A stretch of DNA of 64,000 nucleotides from Octopus sinensis (GCF_006345805.1 NC_042999.1:125488001-125552000); one strand, 5' to 3'; shown: positions 50,388 through 64,000, counted from the first letter of the stretch. Notes: generated by a model not told the origin, from the letters alone. Made by a program: numbers and translations.

Positions 50388-50620
50388 ATATTTCTTTATT
50401 GCCCACAAGGGGCTAAACATAGAAGGGACAAACACGGACAGAAAAAGGGATCAAGTCGTTTACATCAACCCCAGTGCATAACTGGTACTTAATTTATCGA
50501 CCCCGAAAGGATGAAAGGCAAAGTCGACCTCGGCGGAATTTGAACTCAGAACGTAACGACAGACGAAATACGGGTATGCATTTCGCCCGGCGTGCTAACG
50601 TTTCTGCCAGCTTGCCGCCT
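50388..50620 (-). mobile_element. Young, CpG-rich copy of the second tRNA-derived SINE family
   Basis: Minus strand GGCGGCAAGCTGGCAGAAACGTTAGCACG...GAGTTCAAATTCCGCCGAGGTCGACTTTGCCTTTCATCCTTTCGGGGTCGAT; A/B-box-like head. Confidence 0.8.
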
Positions 50621-50708
<88 letters not shown>

Positions 50709-50722
50709 TACATACATATGCA

Positions 50723-51194
50723 TGAGGAATAGGACATCAAAAACCAAGGCAGAACGAGTATCTCAAGTCATTTATAATTTAATTAGGGTAAGGTTAATTT
50801 GAAGTCTTACAGTTGTTTCTGAGAAAATTCTGCCTGGATTTACCTGGGGTTAAGTAAAAGGGCTTATACCTTCACGGAAGTACAGACCAACTTCCATACT
50901 CTCTGGAAAAAAGATGGACTGTAAATTTTTATTATCTTGTCTGTATTCTTAGATTTACTTCCACTCTTTATTTTTCTATTTTATTCCTTATAAACTGAAT
51001 TTCCCTGTCTAGAACTTTCATTCATACTCACTTTGTTTCTGACGATGGAATACCCAGTGTACGAACATGCAAGCCTATCACTTGGGATATCCTAGAAACA
51101 GCTGTAAGACTTCAAATTAATCTTACCCTAATTAAATTATTGTAAATGACTTGAGATACCTGTCCTGCCTTGGTTTTTGATGTCCTTTTCCTCA
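50723..51194. mobile_element. About 470-bp element with about 100-bp inverted terminal arms, carrying a hammerhead-ribozyme-like motif (Penelope/retrozyme-like or MITE)
   Basis: Left arm 50723-50822 (TGAGGAATAGGACATCAAAAACCAAGGCAG...CTTACAGTTGTTTCT) is nearly the exact reverse complement of right arm 51091-51194. Confidence 0.75.
51035..51110 (+). ncRNA. Minimal type I hammerhead ribozyme-like motif (possibly decayed)
   Basis: GTTT (stem I), CTGACGA (51039-51045), stem II TGGAATACCCAGTG / CACTTGGGATATCCTA, GAAA (51095-51098), palindromic ACAG-CTGT stem III, GTA cleavage triplet, then AGAC (stem I). Confidence 0.55.
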
Positions 51195-51356
51195 AATGTA
51201 TACCTTCTAACATGGAAGCCTAATTACAGATCCCTAACTGCAGCTTCAGCTATGAACTTGGAACCTAATGGATGATCAATTATAGCCCTTACTCAACATA
51301 CCTATTCATTTAGATCACCAGTGTACTAAACTCCTTATATCATATATATATACATC

Positions 51357-51675
51357 ATTATCATCTGCTTTCCATGCTAGCATGGGTTGGACGGTTCAAC
51401 CGGGGTCTGGAAAGCCAGGAGGCTGCACCAGGCTCCAGTCTTATCTGGCAGTGTTTCTACAGCTGGATGCCCTTCCTAATGCCAGCTACTCTGTGAGTGT
51501 AGTGGGTGCTTTTTACATGCCACCAACACAGGGGCCAGAGGAGGCTGGCAATGGCCACAAATGGTTGGTGCTTTTTACATGCCATCGGCACGGATATCAC
51601 AACTACAATTTCCATTTGATTTTTATTTTGATGTACTTCACTCAATAGGTTTCCTCAAGCACAGCAGGTCACCTA
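51357..51675 (-). mobile_element. RTE 3' UTR fragment
   Basis: gctagcatgggttggacggttcaaccggggtctggaaagccaggagg... closely matches 6553-6990 with fewer minisatellite units. Confidence 0.8.
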
Positions 51676-53731
51676 ACGATATATATTTGTGGGGTTACAT
51701 TTAATGCAATATAAATATCTGTGGCATGAACTGTAACAGATGCCTACTTCTTCAAAAATTTCACAACAAGCACTTTCATAATGTGACCATCTTCAATTAA
51801 CGTTTTTCCTCTGAAATATAGATACCATTTGTGTCATGATATTCAGTTCACAACATTAGAAAAGTCTCCCTAAAAGTTTTCTTTCCCAATTTGAAACAAA
51901 ATTTCACGCAAACATGGTCTCCAAAATTTTCCAACTTGTGACAGTCAAGTTTACTAACATACAGTTACTAATATATCTAGATTAATGACTGACAAGGCAT
52001 GATTTGGTTATTATTAGACCGAAGGTCAAGGTTACCCAAATATAGAACATGCTGCCCTAGCTGATTGGCATATTGAAATAACTGGCTAGTCTATAAAATG
52101 TTTATTATGCTCACAATCAGTTTAACTGTTTCTACAAAATTACATTCACATATTATTTTAGCATTTATCATTTATCTGTACTGCATGTAAACACTAGCAC
52201 AAACATTTTACCTTATCACAGCAGCCACATGTTCAGCTCAGATGTGCTCAGTTTTTCTCATAAATTAACATAGTAGAACTAAGCTGAGTTAATTCCTTTC
52301 CTGTCAGTACAGATCATCTGTAGTTACTACTCATGTTTCATTGCTTCAAACACATGCCTCATAGAGCCTGTCCTTTGTATGGAGAAAGAGAAACCTTTCA
52401 AGAAAGAGAGGTGGCATTTCTAAAGGAGAGTTAGTCCTGAACATGAGTGGAATTTTTTCAAGGAGTGTTGTAAAGAGAAGACAGCTGTTAATAAAATTAA
52501 TCAGGAGTACAATATGTTGCCCATTCCTTTATTGTATCTTCATCATATTAGGTATAACATCAAGTTTACTAGGAAATATAAGGCTACAAAACCTTCCATT
52601 AAGAGAAAAAATTTTACATATATGTCAGCATGGAAAACGGATGTTAAATGATGATAATGTATAACATAATAAATATTTTCTATTTACCATGTGTTTGCAT
52701 GTGTGTAAACTAACATAGAAGTTAATTAAAACTATTTAATTTTGAAAGCAAATTGTTTTTAGTGTTCTCTGCTGATGTGTAGTGGCAAAATTGTCTAAGC
52801 AATGTATAAAGCAACTGAAATTTTAAATATCGAGGTTAAATTGAAAGAGAATCATGGAAAAATGGCACATATGAAATTAATGAAACCTAACTAAATCTAA
52901 AATTCAACATAAAATATTCTCTACAGCTTCTCCACAATCTGCTGGTGTGGCTCTCTTCAAGATATAATTACACACCATGCAGTTAAAAAAAAGAAAGTTA
53001 TGAATTTAGTCGTTATTCATTTTACCCCGCTTTAGACTTTTGAAAATTATCAAATTAGTGTGGGAAAAAATTGACTTGGAATCCAACAGAGAAAATAATA
53101 TTGATTGTTAAACACCAAAAATTATCTAGATATCTTTTTAGCAACCTGGATTACTATCAGGCCAAAGTTGAAGAAAACTTTACCTGTCACTTGGCTATGT
53201 TTCAAACTCTCTCAACTTCAACAACAATGCTGATCAATTTTTACTCCCAAAGATGATGCAATACTTGCAATGTGATTGTTTCAAACAGGCAGAGAGAAAA
53301 TAAGATGTCAGAGATTACTCATTTGGTCCCAGTTACCGATTTTTCCCCACCTCCCCAATACATTTGATATATATTTTCCTACCAAATGGTGGGGAGGAGA
53401 GTCTAGCAATATATTACAAAATGTTATTATACCTAATAATGGTACAATAAAGGAATGGGCAAGGTGTTGTACTGATGAGTGAGGGGTCATTCATTAGTTC
53501 ATAATTCTGACATTGCTGTGACAAGCACAAGGTACAGAGCATCTCTTGCAGTAAAAAAATAGAGTGCCAAACTACTAAAAACTGTTGGTTTACCATAGAG
53601 GATTCAAACTTTTGTATATGAGAATGAACACTGAAAATGTTATCCAATTAAGTTCCTAGAGCAATATGAAATATATTTCATATGGACAAAAATACAACCA
53701 AAACAAATCTATCTAAAAATGAAAAATAAAA

Positions 53732-53886
53732 GGAGTGGCTGTGTGGTAAGTAGCTTGCTAACCAGCCACATGGTTCCGGGTTCAATCCCACTGCGTGGCA
53801 TCTTGGGCAAGTGTCTTCTGCTATAGCCCCGGGCCGACCAATGCCTTGTGAGTGGATTTGGTAGACGGAAACTGAAAGAAGCCTGT

Positions 53887-53937
<51 letters not shown>

Positions 53938-54130
53938 CTGTGTTTGTCCCCCTAGCATTGCTTGACAAGCGATGCTGATGTGTTTATGTCCCCGTCACTT
54001 AGCGGTTCGACAAAAGAGACCGATAGAATAAGTACTGGGCTTACAAAGAATAAGTCCCGGGGTCGAGTTGCTCGACTAAAGGTGGTGCTCCAGCATGGCC
54101 GCAGTCAAATGACTGAAACAAGTAAAAGAG
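53732..54130 (+). mobile_element. tRNA-derived composite SINE, young full-length copy
   Basis: Near-identical, inverted counterpart of 1896-2280. Confidence 0.85.
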
Positions 54131-54357
54131 TATACGAAATGTGCTTCAATAATATGCAGTGCTCAGTTTAAATCTTAAGAGTGTAACTTAGAAAAGAAAG
54201 TAACCTATTGTAACTTAATTTAGGTGCCTGTCATTGCTATATCAGCAATTTGTCAAAAGCGAGGTCAACCATCTTTTGTCAAAACAAATCATTGAACTAT
54301 CTCATTCTCTAGAGGGTGTAAGTCTTAGTCACCAGTGATGAATCACACAAAAGACGA

Positions 54358-54900
54358 ATGGTAATCAATTATAGCCAGACAATCAGTTGTTACTATTCAA
54401 CACCTACCCTGTGCCACATATCAATGAACTGGTCAAGAAAATATGATATGAGATATTCACTACTTTTGATCTTAAGAGTGCTTATCATCAGTTCCTTATA
54501 TGCAAAGTTGAGAAAAACCCTTAAGCCACTATGCACCTGCAATATGAGCTGGATGAAATATACAAGTGGGCTGAAAAGAATAGCATGCAGTTTAATGCTG
54601 AAAAGTTTCAAGCTTTGTGCTATCAGCATGCAAAACTAAATGCAATACCCAATAAATACACTGGACCTGGAGGGATTGCAATCCCAGAAGTACAATCAGT
54701 GCGAGATCTGGGCATTTACATGAGTAATGATGCAACATTTCATGTGCATGCTGCCAAACTGGCAATGAAATGTAGGCGGCTGACCGGATGGATTCTTAGA
54801 ACAAGAGACCAGGAAACCATGATGGTCCTCTGGAGGACACTTGTCCTAAGCCTCTTTGACTATTGCTCTCAGCTATAGTGACCAACCAGTGTCAAATTAA
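54358..54900 (+). mobile_element. CR1-like LINE RT C-terminal remnant
   Basis: LQYELDEIYKWAEKNSMQFNAEKFQAL, VRDLGIYM and LFDYCSQL are typical post-RT motifs of CR1/Jockey-group ORF2. Confidence 0.72.
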
Positions 54901-54904
54901 TCTC

Positions 54905-55790
54905 AGAAGACTGCACTAGGCTGATCTGGAAAAGTTTCTACAGCTTGATGCCCTTCCTTATGCCAACTACTGAGTGTAGTGGGTGATGTTTACGTGCCAC
55001 TGACAGGTGGGCCATTCAGGTGGTACTGGCATCAACCACGCTCAAATGGTCTTTTTACATGCCAGTGGCACAGGAGCCAGTCAGGCAGCAGTGGCAACAA
55101 CCATGCTCAAATGGTGTTTTTTTACCTGCTACCGGCACAGGAGTCAGTCAGGCAACGATCATGCTTGAACGGTACTTTTTACATGCCACCGGTATGGGAG
55201 CTAGTTAGGCAGCACGGGCAACAATCACGCTTGAATGGTGCTTTTAATGTGCCACTGCCAGTACTGTGCCAATCCGACAGTACTGTCATCGGCCATGATA
55301 ACGATTTCACTTGCCTCAACAGGTCTTCGCAAGCGAAATTAATTGCCCAATGATTGAAGGGTACTCTTAAATGGGCTGGTTATGCTGCACTGGCATAGGC
55401 CATGGTTATGGTCTTACTTGGCTTGCCAGGTCTTCTCAAGCACAACATGTCTCCAAAGGTCTTTGTTACTTGTTATTGCCTCGGTGAGGCCCAATGTTCG
55501 AAGGTCATGCTTCACCACTTCATCCCAGGTCTTCCTGGGTCTACCTCTTCCACAGGTTCCCTCAACTGCTAGGGTGTGACACTTTTTCACACAGCTATCT
55601 TCAGCCATTTACAACACATGACCATACCAGTGCAGTCATCTCTCTTGCATACCACATCTGATACTTCTTAAGTTCAACTTTTCTCTCAGGGCACTTACAC
55701 TCTTGTGTATGCACACTGACATTACACATCCAGCAGAGCATACTGGCTTCATTCCTTGCAAGCTTACGCATGTCCTCAGCTTGCAAGGAA
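54905..55790 (-). mobile_element. Decayed RTE 3' fragment with about 5 minisatellite units
   Basis: CVKKCHTLAVEGTCGRGRPRKTWDEVVKHDLRTLGLTE matches 7024-7440; repeated ggtncttttacatgcca cores at 54982-55260. Confidence 0.8.
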
Positions 55791-55930
55791 TTAAGCCAGT
55801 ATGCCAGTATACTCAGCTGGAGCATATGTATGTATGTATATATGTGTGTATATATTATATCCACATACACCTACATATACGCATATCTACAGACATATAC
55901 AATTACATATATTTACACACACACTCACAC

Positions 55931-55972
<42 letters not shown>

Positions 55973-55975
<3 letters not shown>

Positions 55976-56829
55976 GATGTGGTGGATATATTGTCATCTA
56001 AATTATGCCAAAAAACAACACTGACATCTCATTTTAACAGATATATTTACCAAAATTACATTAAAATATCTTGAAATACTAAAGAGCAATTTTATTCAAT
56101 GTAAATCACCACTGGCTTCAACTACAGCCTGCAAAAGACTTAAAAGTCTCCTGCAACTCTTCTGAACAGTCTCCTTGTTTAAGTCAGTGAATGCTGCCAT
56201 AATCCTTGCCTTCAGTCCACCCTTGGTGTTACAAAGAGTTTTCTTGGTCTCACTCAACTGCACTTCACATATAATAATGAAGTGGCCAGATGTTAGAGGT
56301 GATATGGTTACAGAAATTGTCTGACAACTATGACTGGGTTCTTCTGCTTGTGTGACATGGTGCAGAGTCCTGTTGCCAGACATAGGGTCTTCTAGCAGCC
56401 ACGCTCTTGACCTAGGGCAGCACTACCTCTTCCAGGCACTTGATGTACGCCTCCATATTGAGTCTCAGGCTGTGTGGGAAGATGAATGGAGGCATAATGT
56501 TGCCATGACTAATGGAGGCATAATGTCACCAAACATCATGATGTTGACTGGCTGTTTGATTTTTATCACCCTTGGTACATGTTTTGGGAACACGGCAAGC
56601 CAATGGTTATTCTGTTTTTACCATCTGTTCATACAGGAGCTTCTGAAGCAAATGCCATCCAGTATAGCATATTGTTTCCAAATTTCTGGCAGAGTGAATT
56701 GCATCATGGTGCTGTTTTTCGCACAGACAGTGCCCAACTGACCCTACTATACTGTTAACAAAATCAAAAACAATGCACTTGCACGAAATTAAAAATATAA
56801 AATGGCAACAATTTACCCACTGCACCCTG
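55973..56829 (-). mobile_element. Tc1/mariner-superfamily remnant with TIRs and TA target duplication
   Basis: TA-CAGGATGTGGTGGATATATTG on the left versus TA-CAGGGTGCAGTGGGTAAATTG (reverse complement of the right end). Translation CNTKGGLKARIMAAFTDLNKETVQKSCRRLLSLLQAVVEASG resembles a transposase C-terminus. Confidence 0.7.
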
Positions 56830-57359
56830 TATATATAAGGTAATACACTAGTACTCAACTATGAGTGTATTGCATCTTATAGCAGAAACAACAGTAAGCT
56901 AATGAAGTCTGTAATATATATATATATGGTGGAAATTAACTCATGATTTAAGACTACTTCCTAAACTCAATAAGTCCTTGCAAATGCTCCAAGAGTCCAA
57001 GAAGTTCCTGTATGTGAATCTGTTGAGTGGATAAATTGTTGCTCTGTACTGAACCCACTTTTTAATGCAATCAAGGACACAACAGAGGTTGAGGCTACTA
57101 GAAACTAACTACATTTCAGGTTTTTTTTTAATTTTTTTTATACAAGTTCTCCATCTTGAAGGAAGTTCTAACAAGAACTAGGGTTCCTTCATTCCGAGTG
57201 GTTCACATGCTAGTTAACCCGTAGCTGGGATCCTGACAGGTGCTACTACTTCGGGTCAGAGTAGGCCATTACTGGCAAATAGGTGGTTCCACACTCCTCA
57301 AAGGCCTGGAACTCTCGTACTAGGGCCCCACTACCGAATGCAGTTTTAAGTCATACCCA

Positions 57360-57361
<2 letters not shown>

Positions 57362-57444
<83 letters not shown>

Positions 57445-57455
57445 ATATATATATA
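57362..57455. repeat. (TA)n microsatellite
   Basis: About 45 TA units, directly after a dispersed-repeat fragment at about 57225-57361. Confidence 0.95.
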
Positions 57456-57549
57456 CGCATACACACATGCGCAAGCATACACATACATAGACAAGCACAC
57501 ATACACAATATTTAGATAAGTTTAAACTGTAGTCCAACTTAACACAAAC

Positions 57550-59470
57550 AAGTTGGTTGTAGATGACTTTAGCGGAATCCCCTATGTTGTAAAAACATTC
57601 GGACCATAACTGATTTGAAGATTACTTCATCCCATCAGTCACGAAAGCCCTGAAAAAAGTAATGGACACTGCTCTTCGTTATCTGACTAATATCCATTGA
57701 ATAGAAATTAAATAATTATGAGAGCACAAAAATATAGTGCTCTTGGCAAGCTGACAAAAAACTTTAACTCGTATGGGTTACCCCATAAACAAATGCACAT
57801 TTTTACCTTTTTTTCGTCCGAATTCAAAAGTCAGCTTTGACTAAGTAATAACAGTACCAGTTATATACTAGGTCAATTCTACAGTCTAAATTCTTTCATT
57901 GTGGCCTTATGTTAATATGAAATATCGATCTAGGAAAAAAGCCAATGATTACATAAACATGGCATCACCATGCAAATACGTGAATATGATTAAAAAAATA
58001 TATCTACATGTGCAAAAGCTAATTTGACAAAATAAACAGGAGGTAGAATGTCAGTGACCAGGTCTTAGATGTACGATAAAATTAATTATATTGTTTTTAC
58101 AAAATAATAACATAAAATGTGATAACTTTGTGTCTAATAAATGACTATATGATGCAACGGTAATTTGACAAAGTTTTGTTTCATATAATGTGAGCAACTA
58201 ACGAAAGTCAGGATGATAAATAAATGACTCAATTTGGTGCCATGAATACTTATGTTTTGTTGTGAATGGCTTGTGCTGTTTTTGATTCATTGACAGTAAT
58301 ACAATTATGTAATGAACATTACTTAGAGATATACTCATTTCTAGAAATTGCTTCGTAAAACACTTATCACTCGTAAATTAATTTTGATCGAATATTATAA
58401 GAGTTCTGCAAAGTTTGGAACACATCAAAACAAATTGCAGCTAAAAAAAATCAACTTATTAACACATTAGTTTTTGGTATACTAATAAAACAGTAGGCCA
58501 GTGTTTTTATTTGCATAAATAGACACAAACAACACATTGCTATGGATGATAACGTGTTCGAGAAAATTTCGCCTTACATACACGCATGCATGTGTGACTG
58601 ACTGTATATGAATTATTTTGAATGGAGTATGAACGTGAACACAAACGTTATTCATACTTTCGTGGAGGTGTTTAACTAAAAGATTTTTTTTTAAATCAAA
58701 AACATTGAGCGAAATATTTTCTACAGTAGAATACTAACGTTTATTTTATAGCTTGTTCAAATAAGTAAAAAGTATAATTTATTCGCCAAAGCTTTAGCGA
58801 AACACTCAGTTCTTTTCATCCAAAAAATAACTCCAGTTCAAAAATAATTCAAGGAAATAGTCGGGAAAATATTGCCTGCAGATTTTAGGATAAATAATTC
58901 TATAATATTGGTTTATTTTTAAAATCCTACAGTTAGTAGTAAAAAAAAAAAACACGAGTCGAGTAGACAAACAAGCTTAGCAACATGTAATTTAGCCCCA
59001 GGCCTACATGATTCATAAAACTTATGACTAAAGGTATTTCAGCAATAAGCATCCCATCTTTTCTTTCCAGGTATCATATATCTAATTCTGCCTGATTTAA
59101 CGTAGTCAATATTAAAGACAGTATGGCATGGTTTAAAGGAAAGTTGGTCGCTATCTCAAGCACCAAATAGAGTGGGGTCACTAAACATGCTGTTGGCAAC
59201 AGAATCAGGAAGAAACACGTCAGATTAATTACTAGATAGCTATATACAAATGTTACTAATGTTCTTTTCGTTTTTTATCACATCTGTTAAAGCTTGTGTG
59301 ATAGGCCTTGAGTTCAAATGTTTCGATGTTCATATCTCATCTTCCCGAAATAGCGAGAACGTGTATTTAAATATGTGCGTTTACATAACATTGTTCAATA
59401 TATATATATATACATATACGCGTGCGTTTGGGTGTACAAACAAGAATAAGTAAATGTTAATACAAGTACT
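57550..59470 (-). promoter_or_regulatory. CpG-retaining zone; candidate MEIOC promoter / 5' region
   Basis: CpG dinucleotides are frequent here in apparently non-repeat DNA but rare across the 18-50 kb non-TE sequence (by eye, not counted); it lies upstream of the most 5' MEIOC exon found. Confidence 0.4.
58578..58655 (-). CDS. Tentative first coding exon of MEIOC
   Basis: ATG at 58653-58655, 26 codons (MNNVCVHVHTPFKIIHIQSVTHACVY), phase-0 donor GTaagg compatible with 48474, inside a CpG-retaining zone. No homology support. Confidence 0.25.
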
Positions 59471-59486
59471 CAATAGATATTGTCAA

Positions 59487-60013
59487 CTATATATATATAT
59501 ATATACACACACACACATATATATATATATATAATATACACACACACACATATATATATATACACACATACACACACACATATATATATATACACACATA
59601 CACACACACATATATATATATACACACATACACACACACATATATATATATACACATGCATCCACACACACACATATATATATATACACACATACACACA
59701 CACATATATATAGATATACACATACACACACACATATATAAGATATATACTACACACACACAATATATATACACACACACAACATATATATATATATATA
59801 CAACACACAACCATATATATATATATACACACACACATATATATATATATAATACACACACACACATATATAATATACACACACACACATATATATATAC
59901 ATCCACCACACACATATACATACACACACATATACATATATATACATACAACACATATACATACACACACATTATATATATATATTATATATTATACATA
60001 CACACATATACAT

Positions 60014-60049
<36 letters not shown>

Positions 60050-60065
60050 ACACACACATATACAT

Positions 60066-60096
<31 letters not shown>

Positions 60097-63000
60097 CATA
60101 CACACACATATATATATATATATATATACATACACACACATATATATATATACATACACACACACATATATATATACATACACACACACATATATATATA
60201 CATACATACACACACATATATTATATACATACACACACACATATATATATATACATACATACACACACACACATATATATATATACATACATACACACAC
60301 ACTATATATATATACATACATACACACAACATATATATATATACATACACATACATACACACACACATATTAATATATTATAACATACATACACACAACA
60401 CATATATATAATATACATACATACACACACACATATATATATATATACATACATACACACAACATATATATATATACACTACATACACACACATATATAT
60501 ATACATACATACAAAACATATATATATAACATACACACACATATATATATAACATACACACACATATATATATACACATACACACACATATATATATACA
60601 CATACACACACATATATATATACACATAAACACACACATAGATATATACATACACACACTATATATATAACATACAACACATATATATATATTATATATA
60701 CATACACACACATATATATATATATATAATACATACACACAATATATATATATATATATACATACAACACATATATATATATATATATATACATACACAC
60801 ACATATATATATATATACATACACACACCATATATATATATATACATACACACACATATATATATATATACATACACAACACATATATATAATACATACA
60901 CACACATATATATATATACATACAACACATATATATATATATAACACACACATATATATATATATACATACACACACATATATATATTATAATACACACA
61001 CATATATATATATACATACACACACATATATATATATACATACACACACATATATATATATATACATACACACAATATATATATATATACATAACACACA
61101 CATAATATATATATATACATACACACAACATATATATATACAACACACACATATATATATATATACATTACACACCATATAATATATCTACATACACACA
61201 CATATATATATATTAACATACACACACATATATATAATATACATACACACACATATATATATATAACATACACACACATATATATATATTATACATACAC
61301 ATATATATATATATACATACACACACATATATATAATACATACACACACATATATATATACATACACACACACATATATATATACATACACACACACATA
61401 TATATATACATACACACACACACATATATATATATATATACATACACACACACACATATATATATATATACATACACACACACACATATATATACATACA
61501 CACACATATATACATACACACACACATATATATATACATACACACACACACATATATATATATATATACATACACACACACACATATATATACATACACA
61601 CACATATATACATACACACACACATATACATACACACATATATACATACACACACATATATACATACACACACATATATACATACACACACATATATACA
61701 TACACACATATATATACATACACACATATATACATACACACATATATACATACACACATATATACATACACACATATATATACATACACACATATATATA
61801 CATACACACATATATACATACACACATATATACATACACACATATATATACATACACACATATATATACATACACACATATATATACATACACACACATA
61901 TACATACACACACATAATATACACACACATATCACATTTAACATACACAATATATACATACACACACATATATACATACACACACATATATACATACACA
62001 CACATATATATATATACACACATACATACACACATATATATACACACATACATACACACATATATACACATACATACACACATATATACACATACATACA
62101 CATATATATACACATACACACACACATATATACATACACACATATATACATACACACATATATACATACACACATATATATACATACACACATATACATA
62201 CATACATACATATACATACATACACATATATACATACATACACATATATACATACATACACATATATACATACATACACATATATACATACATACACATA
62301 TATACATACATACACATATATACATACATACACATATATACATACATACACATATATACATACATACATACATACACATATATATACATACATACATACA
62401 TACACATATATATACATACATACATACACATATATATACATACATACATACACATATATATATACATACATACACATATATATATACATACATACACATA
62501 TATATACATACATACATACACATATATATACATACATACATACACATATATATACATACATACATACACATATATATACATACATACACATATATATACA
62601 TACATACATACACATATATATACATACATACATACACATATATATACATACATACATACACATATATATATATACATACATACACATATATATATATACA
62701 TACATACACATATATATATATACATACATACACATATATATATATACATACATACACATATATATATATATACATACATACACATATATATATATATACA
62801 TACATACACATATATATATATATACATACATACACATATATATATATATACATACATACACATATATATATATACATACATACACATATATATATACATA
62901 CATCACATATATAATATACATACACATATATATAACATACATTACACATATATATATATACATACATACACATATATATATATACATACATACACATATA

Positions 63001-64000
63001 TATATATACATACATACACATATATATATATACATACATACACATATATATATACATACATACACATATATATAATACATACATACACATATATATATAT
63101 ACATACATACACACATATATATATACATACATACACATATATATATATACATACATACACATATATATATACATACACACATATATATATATACATACAT
63201 ACACATATATATATAACATACATACACATATATATATATACATACATACAATATATATATATACATACATACACATATATATATATACATACATACACAT
63301 ATATATATATACATACATACACATATATATATATACATACATACACATATATATATATACATACATACACATATATATATATACATACATACACATATAT
63401 ATATACATACATACACATATATATATATACATACATACACATATATATATATACATACATACACATATATATATACATACATACACATATATATATATAC
63501 ATACATACACATATATATATATACATACATACACATTATATATATATACATACATACACATATATATATATATACACATACATACATACACATATATATA
63601 CACATACATACACATATATATATACATACATACATATATACATACATACATAAGATATTATACATACATACATAATACATACATACATACATATATATAC
63701 ATACATACACATATATATATACATACACATATATATATATACATACATACACATATATATATATACATACATACACATATATATATATACATACATACAC
63801 ATATATATATATACATACATACACATATATATATACATACACATATATATATACATACATACACATATACACATACATACATACACATATACACATACAT
63901 ACATACACATATACACATACATACATACACATACATACACATACATACATACACATACATACATACACACATACATACACACACATACATACACACACAT
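59487..64000. repeat. Very long compound (TA)n/(CA)n microsatellite with higher-order 18- and 24-bp units; runs off the window
   Basis: The plus strand is almost pure pyrimidine-A alternation with almost no G. An 18-mer TACATACATACACATATA block lies near 62180-62350 and a 24-mer ACATACATACACATATATATATAT block near 62940-63530. Confidence 0.97.

Noticed and set aside
50800-50900. Second hammerhead on the minus strand in the left inverted arm
   Set aside because: GAAACAACTGTA|AGAC is present, but the upstream box is GTGAAGG rather than CTGANGA and no stem II forms.
46161-55790. Sense-orientation bias of intronic RTE fragments
   Set aside because: Only three sense copies, and opposite-strand fragments exist at about 37500-37850 and 52622-52655; the sample is too small.
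59470-64000. Very long ORFs (up to 812 aa) of C/V/Y/I/M residues
   Set aside because: Artefacts of stop-free alternating TA/TG repeats; the peptide period simply mirrors the repeat unit.

Overview
AT-rich, repeat-dense eukaryotic DNA. The SINE/LINE families and (TA)n/(CA)n load look like an Octopus-type cephalopod genome; this is my inference from recalled repeat sequences, not a database result. Two spliced genes converge, both largely missed by the ORF track. (1) The last four coding exons of a centromere protein L-like gene (CENPL) lie on the + strand at 207-5720. (2) A near-complete MEIOC (meiosis-specific coiled-coil protein) gene lies on the - strand, with seven phase-consistent coding exons from 48474 down to a stop at 29294 (877 aa), plus a tentative first exon at 58578-58655 in a CpG-retaining zone. 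Between the genes are a TE-packed island (about 6.5-17.7 kb: RTE LINE with a PHD finger inside its RT, Tx1/L1-like LINE, Tc1 remnant, Helitron-like element, MITEs, SINEs) and an apparently TE-free, A-skewed 11.6 kb block (17.7-29.3 kb) that may be a very long MEIOC 3' UTR. The most unusual items are a minimal type I hammerhead-ribozyme-like motif in a long inverted-repeat element in a MEIOC intron (51035-51110) and a well-folding tRNA-Val-like gene with a TAT (Ile) anticodon in a CENPL intron (2999-3071). The window ends in a >4.5 kb (YA)n compound microsatellite with 18- and 24-bp higher-order units. I found no prokaryotic features, CRISPR arrays or rRNA. All homology calls are from memory of protein and repeat families, with no searches run.
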